Origin: Candidatus Nanopusillus acidilobi
Lineage (GTDB): Archaea > Nanobdellota > Nanobdellia > Nanobdellales > Nanobdellaceae
Direction of reading: 5' to 3'
Assembly (NCBI GenBank): GCA_001552015.1
Contig: CP010514.1
Coordinates: 120,001-152,000, forward strand
Length of the DNA stretch: 32,000 nt
The notes under the pieces were generated by a model, which was given only the letters and a program-made list of their open reading frames with translations, did not search any database and was not told where the DNA came from. Numbering within the stretch: the first letter of the stretch is position 1; every line of letters starts with the position of its first letter. Made by a program: the position numbers and the translations under genes. Positions 1-9,037 of the stretch are shown one piece after another.

Positions 1-2070
1 ATAGCTGTTTATACAAATTATAGTAATTCTACAACAATATATGTAAATCAATTAACAGGAAATACTGCTTTGCCAGTTACTCTTTCTTGTTCAACAAGTA
101 ATTCAAATCTACAATGTTCATTATCTAATACCACTGTTACTCCAAATGCATCAGTAACTTTAACCGTTACTGCATCATCATCATCAATTACCCCAGGAAC
201 ATATTCAGTAACAATTTCAGGTACAGCGCAAAATGGAGTTACGAATTCTACTACTATAACAGTTAATGTACAACAATTATATAATAACCCACAAATATAT
301 ATTATATCCCCATCTAATAATTCAGTATCAAATTATTATCAACTAAATATATCATTCTATACAAATTATCCAAATGTAAATGTAACAATAAATGGACAAA
401 CATATAATATAAATGTAACACCAGGTAATAATATTATTCAATTAAATTATGAAAATTCATCATATAATTTACCAGGATTATATAATATTATACCAAATGG
501 AGGAAATATTACAATAGAATTATCAACATCGAATCCTGAGGGAATAACAAATTCAACAGGAATATATGTTTATACATTACCTTCACCAATATTTAATGTA
601 TCATATACATATCCTACACCATCAAATGGTACACAAGAAAATATATGGTTATTAGAAGTTAGTGCAAATGTATATGATAATACTTTAGGTCAAGATTATT
701 GTCAAATACAATTATTAAATCAAACAAGTAATCAATGGGTAACAATAATTAATTCATGTTCAGATATATTATATAATGGAATATTACAAGAATATGCAAA
801 ATTAAATAGTAATGGATATTATTCAATATGGTATAAAGTATATGCATATAATAATTATGGATTAAATCAATATACAAATCCCCAGGTAATATATATATCA
901 CAAAATGCATATAATGTATCAGTAATAAATCCAACATTAAGTAATACACAAATACAAGGAATAATAGATTCAGCAATTAATAGTTCTATACCTGTAGTAG
1001 TATTCTCTCCAGGAGTATATTTAGTAAACTTAATAATAAACCCACAAGGTCAAAATATAACATTATTAGGACAAAATACAATATTTGAACCTGCAAATCC
1101 AGGATTACCTGTTATAGATGTATTATCATCAAATGTAACAATACAGAATATAAATATTAATACAAATCTATTTGCAATAAATGTAGAAAATGGAACTATT
1201 AATTTAATAAATGATAATATAAATTCAGGATTGTTTGGAATAGATGTAAAGAATCCATCAGTAGTAAATGTATATAATTCTACAATAAATGGAAATATAG
1301 GAGGAATATATGGTTATATACAAAATTCAACAATAGAAAATACAAATATTCAATCATCAGTATGGGGAATATATGATGACAATCCATATAATGTAATAAT
1401 AAATAATTCAAATATAAATGGACAAATATTTGGAATAGATTTTGATGGAAATGCAGTAAATAATGTAATAGAAAATAGTAATGTAATATCTAACATATTT
1501 GGAATAAAGATAAATAATGGAAATAATAATAATATAATAAATAACAATATAGAATCAAATATATTTGGAATATATTTAACATCTTCAGGAAATAATATAG
1601 AAAATGATTATATAAAAGTAGGACAGGTATTTGGATTATATGAAACTGCTTATAATAATATAATAAATGTAACAACAAATGGAGGATTATTTGGATATTA
1701 TTTAACAGGTAATGCAACAAACATATCATTATATAATTCACAATTAGGTATTGAAATATATGGAAGTGGATATATAGATAATTTAACAACATCTACAGGA
1801 AGTGTAAATGTATATTATAATAATTCACAAGGATTCATAAATAGTTTAAGTAGTGTAATATCTAGTACGAATGTAAATAACACATTATATAATTATTATG
1901 AAGGAATATCAATAATAGGAAATATAAATGGAAATATTACATTTATTAATCTATTATCTGCTACTAGTTATATTGTAGAAAAGATAGTAGGAGGTAATGG
2001 AAATATAATATCTACAAATAATACATTTATACCACAAGGATTTGGAAATTATGAACTATTTTATCGCTAA
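1..2070 (+). CDS. 3' portion of a large secreted/surface protein: Ig-like segments followed by a right-handed parallel beta-helix (NosD/PbH1-like) domain; truncated at the window start
   Basis: The frame is open from base 1 (IAVYTNYSNSTTIYVNQLTGNTALPVTL...) before the listed TTG start at 70. Many N-x-S/T sequons. Repeating NNIINNNIESNIFGIYLTSSGNNIENDYI-type units are typical of beta-helix repeats. Confidence 0.75.
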   Translation: MAVYTNYSNSTTIYVNQLTGNTALPVTLSCSTSNSNLQCSLSNTTVTPNASVTLTVTASSSSITPGTYSVTISGTAQNGVTNSTTITVNVQQLYNNPQIYIISPSNNSVSNYYQLNISFYTNYPNVNVTINGQTYNINVTPGNNIIQLNYENSSYNLPGLYNIIPNGGNITIELSTSNPEGITNSTGIYVYTLPSPIFNVSYTYPTPSNGTQENIWLLEVSANVYDNTLGQDYCQIQLLNQTSNQWVTIINSCSDILYNGILQEYAKLNSNGYYSIWYKVYAYNNYGLNQYTNPQVIYISQNAYNVSVINPTLSNTQIQGIIDSAINSSIPVVVFSPGVYLVNLIINPQGQNITLLGQNTIFEPANPGLPVIDVLSSNVTIQNININTNLFAINVENGTINLINDNINSGLFGIDVKNPSVVNVYNSTINGNIGGIYGYIQNSTIENTNIQSSVWGIYDDNPYNVIINNSNINGQIFGIDFDGNAVNNVIENSNVISNIFGIKINNGNNNNIINNNIESNIFGIYLTSSGNNIENDYIKVGQVFGLYETAYNNIINVTTNGGLFGYYLTGNATNISLYNSQLGIEIYGSGYIDNLTTSTGSVNVYYNNSQGFINSLSSVISSTNVNNTLYNYYEGISIIGNINGNITFINLLSATSYIVEKIVGGNGNIISTNNTFIPQGFGNYELFYR

Positions 2071-2143
2071 ATATGCTTTTGGATTTTATTATAATATTTT
2101 GTATATAAATAGATATTTTATGTATATGGTATAATATATTTTT

Positions 2144-2875
2144 ATGATAAAAGTAGGAACCTGTGGATTCCCTATATCAAGGAAAAAATATTATGAAGAA
2201 TTTAATGTAATAGAAATAAATAGTACTTTTTATTCAATACCGGATATTGAATGGGTTAGAAAAATAAGAAAAGAAGCACCTGAAAATTTTGAATTTACAT
2301 TTAAGGCATTTCAAGGTATTACTCATGATGTAAATTCTTTTACATGGAGAAGATCAAAAATAAAGAATTATAAAGAATTAAAGGGAAGAGTTGGATATTT
2401 AAGAAATACAAAAGAAGTATTTGAATTTTGGGAAAAACAAGAAGAAATTGCAAATATATTAAGAGCAAATATAATTGTTATTCAATTACCATATTCATTC
2501 AAAGATACAAAAGAAAATATTGAAAATGCATATAATTTCTTTAATTCAATTGGTAAAAAATATAGAATAGCAATAGAATTAAGGGGATGGAGTAAAGAAA
2601 ATAGGGAAAAAATATGCAAAGAATTTGATTTAATAGATGTAGTAGATATAAATGTTGAGGAACCTGTATATGATTCTGATATAAAATATTATAGATTGCA
2701 TGGATTGCATGAAGGAAATATGTTAATATATAGTTATGATTATTCAAAGGAAGAATTAAATAGAATAAAGGAAAAAGTATTAAAATATAATAAAAAGGAT
2801 AGTTACGTGATGTTTAATAATTCAATGATGTATGAGAATGCAAAAGAATTTTTAGAATTGATAAAAAATGTATAA
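2144..2875 (+). CDS. DUF72 (YecE-like) family protein
   Basis: N-terminus KVGTCGFPISRKKYYEEFNVIEINSTFYSIP...FTFKAFQGITHD matches the DUF72 layout (GtsG...YY..F..vEinsTFY..P...F.f.vK). Full-length ORF. Confidence 0.85.
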   Translation: MIKVGTCGFPISRKKYYEEFNVIEINSTFYSIPDIEWVRKIRKEAPENFEFTFKAFQGITHDVNSFTWRRSKIKNYKELKGRVGYLRNTKEVFEFWEKQEEIANILRANIIVIQLPYSFKDTKENIENAYNFFNSIGKKYRIAIELRGWSKENREKICKEFDLIDVVDINVEEPVYDSDIKYYRLHGLHEGNMLIYSYDYSKEELNRIKEKVLKYNKKDSYVMFNNSMMYENAKEFLELIKNV

Positions 2876-3632
2876 TTATTTATTAAGAATAAAATATAAT
2901 GGAGAAAATTATCATGGAATTGCATATCAAAAAAATTTAAAAACAATTTCTGGAGAAATTTTAAATTATTTTGATATAAAAGAATTTAGATTATCAATTG
3001 TTTCAAGAACTGATAAAGGAGTAAATGCAGAAGAAAATTATATTGTTATATCTTCAGATAAAAATATTGATTTTTCAAATTTTCAAAATAATGATATAAA
3101 AATATTGAATGTATACAAATTAAAAGAATTTATTAATATTAGAAAATTTTCTAGAGGTAAATTATATGAATATAAATTACCAAAAAAATTGTTTGAGAAA
3201 AAATATATGCCAAAATATTTAATAAATAATGAAAAAATTTTAATAAAATCTGAAGAAAAGGAATTTGATATAAATAAATATATAGAGGCATCAAAGCATT
3301 TTATAGGTATAAAAAGTTTTCATAATTTTGCAAAAGGAAAGGTTAAAGATTCAATATGTAATATAACAAAATTTGAAGTAATTGAAGATAATGATTTTTA
3401 TATAAATTATATTGAAGGAAATAAATTTTTGTATGAAATGATAAGAAGAATTATTACATTTTTAATTTCTGTTGGTTATAATTTGTTTCCTTTGGATTTA
3501 ATTGAAAAAGTTTTTATATATAATTTAGAACCAAAACCATTTCCTTCAGATCCAAGATATCTAACATTAAAAAAGGTTTACTTGGATTGGAAAGAATTAT
3601 ATAAATATATTGAAGATGTTATTGAAATATAA
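2868..3632 (+). CDS. truA: tRNA pseudouridine synthase, TruA family
   Basis: Catalytic motif SRTDKGVNA, plus IKYNGENYHG and a C-terminal SFHNFAKG...EGNKFLYEMIRRI. Overlaps the upstream stop by 8 bp. Confidence 0.88.
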   Translation: MYNYLLRIKYNGENYHGIAYQKNLKTISGEILNYFDIKEFRLSIVSRTDKGVNAEENYIVISSDKNIDFSNFQNNDIKILNVYKLKEFINIRKFSRGKLYEYKLPKKLFEKKYMPKYLINNEKILIKSEEKEFDINKYIEASKHFIGIKSFHNFAKGKVKDSICNITKFEVIEDNDFYINYIEGNKFLYEMIRRIITFLISVGYNLFPLDLIEKVFIYNLEPKPFPSDPRYLTLKKVYLDWKELYKYIEDVIEI

Positions 3633-3662
3633 TGTTTTTAATATTTCTATAATAATATTGTT

Positions 3663-3986
3663 ATGATTGTAGTATTTCTATCTGTAAAAAGTGGAGATGG
3701 GATAAATATTTCTAAAAGAATATTAGAAAGAAAATATGCAATGTCTATAGATATAAAGAAAGTTGAAACATTGTATTTAGAAAATGATAATATTAAAGAG
3801 GAAGATAGGGAATTATTATTAATAAAGACAAGAGAAGAATTATTTGATAAAATAGAAGAATTAATAAAAGAAATATATAAAAATAATATAATTGAAATCT
3901 ATTCAATAAATGTTGAAGATGCAAATAAAGATTTCTTAGATTTATTGGAAAAAGAAACATCTATAAAGAAAATAAAAAATGCTTGA
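3663..3986 (+). CDS. Divergent CutA1-like protein
   Basis: 107 aa. MIVVFLSVKSGDGINISKRILERKYAMSIDIKKVETLY...ELLLIKTREELFDKIEELIKEIYKNNIIEIYSINVEDANKDFLDLLEKET follows the CutA1 pattern (vvfTt.....a..ia..Ll.e.laacvni......y.W.g.i....E..l.iKT......l...i...hpy.vPei..). Confidence 0.65.
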   Translation: MIVVFLSVKSGDGINISKRILERKYAMSIDIKKVETLYLENDNIKEEDRELLLIKTREELFDKIEELIKEIYKNNIIEIYSINVEDANKDFLDLLEKETSIKKIKNA

Positions 3987-4860
3987 AGATTTAAAAAAGG
4001 CTTCTGAAATCACAAAAAAAGTAAAGAGAGAAGCTGAGAAATTATTGAAACCTGGAGAAAGTATATATAATATTGTAGAAACTATTGAACAAAAAATAAT
4101 AGATTTGGGTGGATTTCCATCATTTCCTGTTAATATATCTATAAATAATATAGCAGCACATTATACACCAACAATAAATGATAGTACAACATTAAAAGAT
4201 GGGGATGTTGTAAAGTTTGATTTTGGTGCGCAGGTTAATGGTTATTGTATGGATACAGCATTTACTGTAGAAATAAATGATAATAAATATAAAGATCTAA
4301 TTGAAGCTTCTAGAAATGCATTAGAAAATGTTAAAAAAATAATAAGAAAAGATATTGAAGTATCTGAAATTGGAAAAGTAATAGAAAGTACAATTAAATC
4401 TTATAATTATAATCCAATATATAATTTATCTGGTCATAAAATAGAACAATATATTTTACATTCTGGAATTACAATACCAAATTACGATAATAAATCAAAA
4501 ATAAAATTAACTGAAGGAATATATGCAATTGAGCCATTTGCTACAAATGGAGTAGGACTTGTAAAGGAAGATAAGCCATCTGGAATATATTCTATAATGT
4601 CTGATAAACCAATTAGAGATCCAAATATTAAGAAATTTTTCCAGGAGATATATAATAAATATAAAACTCTTCCTTTTGCATATAGATGGTTATATAATGA
4701 TTATAATAATAAAATAAACTTAAAATTATTTATAGAATATCTAAAAAAGAATGGAAATATTTATGAGTATCCAATATTAGTAGAACAATCTAATGGAATA
4801 GTAACTCAATTTGAAACAACTTTTTATATTTATGATAGAGTTTATGACATGATGGATTAA
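3979..4860 (+). CDS. map: Methionine aminopeptidase, archaeal type II
   Basis: FPVNISINNIAAHYTP, DGDVVKFDFGAQVNGYCMDTAFTV, NLSGHKIEQYILHSG, IEPFATNGVG and QFETTFYI are the type II MAP motifs. Confidence 0.93.
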   Translation: MLEDLKKASEITKKVKREAEKLLKPGESIYNIVETIEQKIIDLGGFPSFPVNISINNIAAHYTPTINDSTTLKDGDVVKFDFGAQVNGYCMDTAFTVEINDNKYKDLIEASRNALENVKKIIRKDIEVSEIGKVIESTIKSYNYNPIYNLSGHKIEQYILHSGITIPNYDNKSKIKLTEGIYAIEPFATNGVGLVKEDKPSGIYSIMSDKPIRDPNIKKFFQEIYNKYKTLPFAYRWLYNDYNNKINLKLFIEYLKKNGNIYEYPILVEQSNGIVTQFETTFYIYDRVYDMMD

Positions 4861-4953
4861 TATTGAGGGGATATTATATCATGGTCGTGTTAAATTGACT
4901 TAAACAAATGTTAAAACAAAAAGTTTTTATATTAGTTAGTCAATAATATTATT

Positions 4954-5181
4954 ATGGCAAAGAGAACAACACCAATTCCAGTGGCACCACTATATAGAAT
5001 ATTAAGAAAGGCCGGTGCATCAAGGGTAGGACAGGATGCAAAATTAGCAATGGTAGAATCAGTATTGCAAGTAGCAGAGGCAATATCTGCTAGAGCAATA
5101 GAATTAGCAAAACACGCAGGAAGGAAGACTGTACATGAAGATGATATAAGGTTAGCAATTAGGGAACTTAGAGGCCTATAA
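4954..5181 (+). CDS. Archaeal histone (HMf-like)
   Basis: 75 aa histone fold: ELPIPVAPLYRILRKAGA-type start (TTPIPVAPLYRILRKAGASRVGQDAK), AKHAGRKTVHEDDIRLAIR. TATA-like TTTTTATATTA ~26-28 nt upstream of ATG. Confidence 0.97.
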   Translation: MAKRTTPIPVAPLYRILRKAGASRVGQDAKLAMVESVLQVAEAISARAIELAKHAGRKTVHEDDIRLAIRELRGL

Positions 5182-5238
5182 GGATATATATTTTTTGAGT
5201 TTGTTAATTTTTATAAAACGTTGTTATAATATATATAG

Positions 5239-5856
5239 ATGGAATATTCAGAAAGAAAACCAATAGATTTTAAGAAGGAGAGGCCACAATTATTTGAAAT
5301 GAAGGGTATTTCAGCAAAAACAATAGAAGAACATTTGAAGATATATGAAGGATATGTAAAGAAATTTAATGAGATAACACAAAGGCTAAATAATTTGACA
5401 GATGAGGATTATAATGCAGCAAATGTAACTTATTCATTAATAAGGGAATTAAAAGTTGAATGGACTAGAGCTTTTGGTGGAATGATAAATCATGAAATAT
5501 ACTTTAGTCATTTAGGAGGAGAAGGTGGAAAACCTGGATCATCATTGGGATCTCAAATAGATAAAGACTTTGGATCATTCGAAAAATTCGTTAAAGAAAT
5601 GAAAGCAACTGCTATGGGTGCAAGAGGATGGGCTTGGTTATTATGGTCTGATGATCTAAATAGATTGGTAATTAGTATATCCGATGAGCAAAATACATAT
5701 ATGGTACAAAATTCAAAATTAATATTGGCATTAGATGTATTTGAACATGCATATTATTTAGATTATGGAAGTAATAGAAAAGGATATGTAGATGTATTCT
5801 TCGATAATATAGATTGGTCAGTAGTAGAAAAGAGATTTGAAGCATTAAAAGTATAA
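5239..5856 (+). CDS. Superoxide dismutase, Fe/Mn family
   Basis: Four candidate metal ligands can be placed: TIEEH, MINHEIYF, and LDVFEHAYYLDYG (Asp and His). FGGMINHEIYFSHLGGEGGKPGSSLG is typical of the family. Confidence 0.9.
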   Translation: MEYSERKPIDFKKERPQLFEMKGISAKTIEEHLKIYEGYVKKFNEITQRLNNLTDEDYNAANVTYSLIRELKVEWTRAFGGMINHEIYFSHLGGEGGKPGSSLGSQIDKDFGSFEKFVKEMKATAMGARGWAWLLWSDDLNRLVISISDEQNTYMVQNSKLILALDVFEHAYYLDYGSNRKGYVDVFFDNIDWSVVEKRFEALKV

Positions 5857-5864
5857 TTTTTAAC

Positions 5865-6530
5865 GTGTTTTTAGATTCTATAATCTATGAATCAAATAAA
5901 TTAAATAGTGAATGTGATTTTAAAAAATTAAACATAAAATTAAATATAAAAGGAAGGCAAGAATATTATGGAATGAAATGTTATGATAAATATTATATAT
6001 TTAATATAAATGAATGGAAAGAAAATTTATCTTATAAGGAAATTATATATCTATTAGATTTTAAGGAAGAAGAATCATATAAAATAGATAGAATATATAA
6101 AAAAATGGAAGAGGATCCTTCAAAATTTTTTGATAACCTATTTAATAAATTTAATAATAAATATAAATACGAGGATGAGATAGATTATAATTTTCCATTT
6201 TTATCTTTATTAAAGAAAAATAAGTCAAATTATGAAGATATTATTATTATTAATATAAAAAACAATGAAATATATACACCGAATGTATATAAATTTTTAT
6301 TGAAAAAGATTTGTATGGAGATATCTTTTTATATATCTAATGATCCTCATATTACTACAATAATAAAGACCTATAAAAACGATAAATTTTTGAGGGATTT
6401 TTTAATATTTTATAACAATAAAATAAATAAATATGAAATTTTAGAAAACATGGATGGAAAAATAATATCTGAAAATATAGAGTATAATAAGAGAGAATTA
6501 TGCGAAGAAGTAATTGAAAGCATTAGATAA
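5865..6530 (+). CDS. Hypothetical protein, first gene of an overlapping pair
   Basis: 221 aa ORF with GTG start; the stop overlaps the next gene's ATG (TAATG). No family recognised. Confidence 0.6.
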   Translation: MFLDSIIYESNKLNSECDFKKLNIKLNIKGRQEYYGMKCYDKYYIFNINEWKENLSYKEIIYLLDFKEEESYKIDRIYKKMEEDPSKFFDNLFNKFNNKYKYEDEIDYNFPFLSLLKKNKSNYEDIIIINIKNNEIYTPNVYKFLLKKICMEISFYISNDPHITTIIKTYKNDKFLRDFLIFYNNKINKYEILENMDGKIISENIEYNKRELCEEVIESIR

Positions 6531-7363
6531 TGTCATTAGATTCAAAATCTTTATCAGAGATCGTTTCTTTACATTCTTTAGATCTATCAGAATTAAAATT
6601 TAAAAGTAAAGGCCCTTTAGGTGAAAGGTCTTTTCAAAAAAGGTTAGATAAATTATTGGAAAGTTATGGAAGTTATGGAATTTTAGCATACATCTTATTA
6701 GGAAATCTTCAAATTAGGCGTACTATAAATTATAATGGAGGATATGTGTTATATTCTCCAGTAGAAAAAATAATAAGCAAAGAAATTATAAAGATAATAT
6801 TTGGAGATTCACCTAGATATAAAGAGATAGAAGATTCAATAGATATATATACAAAAAATGGAGAACTCTATCTGCCACAAAGATTAAAAGATCATACTAT
6901 AGGAGAGGCAGAAATAGATGCTCTTGTTATTGCAAGAGGATACGATGGTAAATTATTTTTATATAATATTGAACTTAAAGGAGGTTTGATGAAAAATGAA
7001 AATGATGAAAGATATAAAAAAGCGCATTTGCAATTATTCAGATCTACTGATATTTTAATAAATGCTTTATTAGAAACAGAAATAATTAGTAAAGATTCTG
7101 AATTTTATACCTTTAGTATCCTCTATTCAAGATATTGGTATAGAACCGTTTATCTCTTCGTATATAAAAATAGAAATCTTTATGCATATTATGTTAACAA
7201 TGAAGATAAAAGTATAGAATATCAGATTCCCTTAAATGGACTAGAAATGAAAAAATATGCAGATTATAATAAAGATGAGTTTGAATATAGTATGGAAAAA
7301 AGAGGTATTATTTTATATTTACTAGGTTTAGGAAATCATAAGAATTATAAAAAATATAGGTAA
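6530..7363 (+). CDS. Putative PD-(D/E)XK-superfamily nuclease-like protein
   Basis: GEAEIDALVIARGYDGKLFLYNIELKGG gives D...(13-15 aa)...ExK, followed by KKAHLQLFRSTDIL (helix with Q) and preceded by GPLGERSFQKRLDKLL, as in NERD/restriction-like folds. Confidence 0.55.
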   Translation: MSLDSKSLSEIVSLHSLDLSELKFKSKGPLGERSFQKRLDKLLESYGSYGILAYILLGNLQIRRTINYNGGYVLYSPVEKIISKEIIKIIFGDSPRYKEIEDSIDIYTKNGELYLPQRLKDHTIGEAEIDALVIARGYDGKLFLYNIELKGGLMKNENDERYKKAHLQLFRSTDILINALLETEIISKDSEFYTFSILYSRYWYRTVYLFVYKNRNLYAYYVNNEDKSIEYQIPLNGLEMKKYADYNKDEFEYSMEKRGIILYLLGLGNHKNYKKYR

Positions 7364-7435
7364 GAAATATTAAGTGAAAAACTTTGTTGTATTATATTTT
7401 TATTCAAAATCTTTTACATTAGGTCTTATAAAGAA

Positions 7436-7936
7436 CTAAGTAATAATTAAATTGTGTTCATATTCTAATAATTTTCTTTTAAATTCAACTCCTAAAGGTG
7501 TATAACCAGAAATATCATTTTCTTTAATAACTCTATGACATGGAATTAAAATAATAAATGGATTATTTTTTATGGCATTTAATATTTGTAGCATATTATA
7601 TTTTTTATTTAGGCTATTATATAATTCCCTATATGTTATTGTTTTTCCAAAAGGTATTTCCAATATTTTTTCGTATATATCTTTATATCTATATTTACTT
7701 AGATCTATATTAAATTTCTCTTTATTATTTAGTACTCTATTTATTTTTTCTTGAAAAAATTTATCTAAATTTTCATCAAAAATAAGATCTCCGTTTAAAT
7801 TATGAAATTTTGCAATTTTTACTAAATTTTTTGTTAATATATCTATATTATTATGTAAAGAATAAGCAACAATTTTTCCATTTAACATTATGTATCCAGA
7901 ATATAATTCATAATCAAATATTTTTATCATAATCAA
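7436..7936 (-). CDS. ogt: Methylated-DNA--protein-cysteine methyltransferase
   Basis: Active site IPCHRVI, with IPFGKTITYRELYN and a C-terminal GYTPLGVEFKRKLLEYE. Confidence 0.93.
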   Translation of the reverse strand: MIMIKIFDYELYSGYIMLNGKIVAYSLHNNIDILTKNLVKIAKFHNLNGDLIFDENLDKFFQEKINRVLNNKEKFNIDLSKYRYKDIYEKILEIPFGKTITYRELYNSLNKKYNMLQILNAIKNNPFIILIPCHRVIKENDISGYTPLGVEFKRKLLEYEHNLIIT

Positions 7937-7981
7937 ATATTATTAGAAAAATTTATATTATCCAGTAATTTATTATTAAAT

Positions 7982-8032
7982 ATGGGTTGTACTAGAGGAA
8001 AAAGAAAGACTAGTAAAGAAAGTAAAGAATAA
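7982..8032 (+). CDS. Candidate leaderless micro-ORF, MGCTRGKRKTSKESKE
   Basis: Start codon ~28 nt downstream of TTTATATTA, the same geometry as nearby leaderless genes; 16 codons then TAA. Not in the supplied ORF track. Confidence 0.2.
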   Translation: MGCTRGKRKTSKESKE

Positions 8033-8044
8033 AAATAATTAGGT

Positions 8045-8494
8045 TTAAAGGCCTTTGCTATGTAGTTCTTTAATTTTTTCTAATGCCTTGTCAGCATGTT
8101 CTGCAGCATTTTTTAATGATTTTAATGTTTCAATAATCTTTAAATTTTTATCTATTATAAAAGTAATTCTACTTGCCCCTTTTCCTCTATCACTTTTTGC
8201 ATTAAATAATTTTATTATCTTTAATTCAGGATCTGCAACTAATGGGAATTTTGCACCATATTTTTCTGCAAATTTCTTCTGTGTATCTAATTTATCATTA
8301 CTTACCCCAATTATTTCTGTATTATATTTTTTAAATTCTTCATATAATTCTACAAATCTCTTTAACTCTTGTGTACATCCGCTAGTAAATGCCTTTGGGT
8401 AGAAATACAAAACTACGAAATCTTTTTCCTTTAATACATTGCTCAATTTTATTTTTCCATTTGTACTTTCTGCTTCAAAATCTATAGAATCCAT
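8045..8494 (-). CDS. Peroxiredoxin, Bcp/AhpC-TSA family, single Cys
   Basis: VVLYFYPKAFTSGCTQELKRF is the peroxidatic motif. No second Cys anywhere in the 149 aa. Confidence 0.9.
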   Translation of the reverse strand: MDSIDFEAESTNGKIKLSNVLKEKDFVVLYFYPKAFTSGCTQELKRFVELYEEFKKYNTEIIGVSNDKLDTQKKFAEKYGAKFPLVADPELKIIKLFNAKSDRGKGASRITFIIDKNLKIIETLKSLKNAAEHADKALEKIKELHSKGL

Positions 8495-8545
8495 ATATAA
8501 TAGTGAATAGAAAACTTTATAATTATTATATTAAATTAGTTATTA

Positions 8546-8986
8546 ATGGTACGAAGATCGTATATAGATGATATAGATAATAAAATAATTAAGATATTAA
8601 TTAATAATTCGCGTATATCAAACACTAAAATAGCAAAATTATTAAATATATCAGAAGCTTCTGTTAGAAAAAGAATTAAAAAAATAATGAAACATGGTAT
8701 AATTAAAAAGTTTACAGTTGAATTAAATTATAACTTATTAGGGTATAAAAGAGTATTTATAGGATTGAATATAGATAAGGATAAAATATTTAATATATTA
8801 GAAAAAATATCTAAAAATAAAAATATAAAAGATATATATTTAACTGGAGGAGATCATGATATATTAATAGATTTCTTATATTCTAAACCTGAAGAACTTG
8901 ATGAATATATAAAATATTTACAAAGTATTGAGGGTATTAAATCTGTATGGCCGACAATTGTAATAGATTATTATCAATTACGATAA
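8546..8986 (+). CDS. Lrp/AsnC family transcriptional regulator
   Basis: DNxIIKILINNSRISNTKIAKLLNISEASVRKRIKKM-type HTH (IDNKIIKILINNSRISNTKIAKLLNISEASVRKRIKKIMKHGIIKKFTVELNY) and a RAM-like C-terminal domain (TGGDHDILIDFLY). Confidence 0.92.
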   Translation: MVRRSYIDDIDNKIIKILINNSRISNTKIAKLLNISEASVRKRIKKIMKHGIIKKFTVELNYNLLGYKRVFIGLNIDKDKIFNILEKISKNKNIKDIYLTGGDHDILIDFLYSKPEELDEYIKYLQSIEGIKSVWPTIVIDYYQLR

Positions 8987-9037
8987 TTTAGGTACGAATT
9001 TTAACCTTTATAAAAATAATATATAACTATATTTTTT

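Noticed and set aside
749-1792. Minus-strand ORFs opposite the beta-helix gene (749-976, 1350-1547, 1490-1792)
   Set aside because: Composition is a mirror of the Asn/Ile-rich plus-strand repeats (poly L/I/H/Y), with no domain; the plus frame is clearly coding.
8055-8402. Plus-strand ORF opposite the Bcp-like peroxiredoxin
   Set aside because: The minus-strand protein is a clear peroxiredoxin; this is its antisense.
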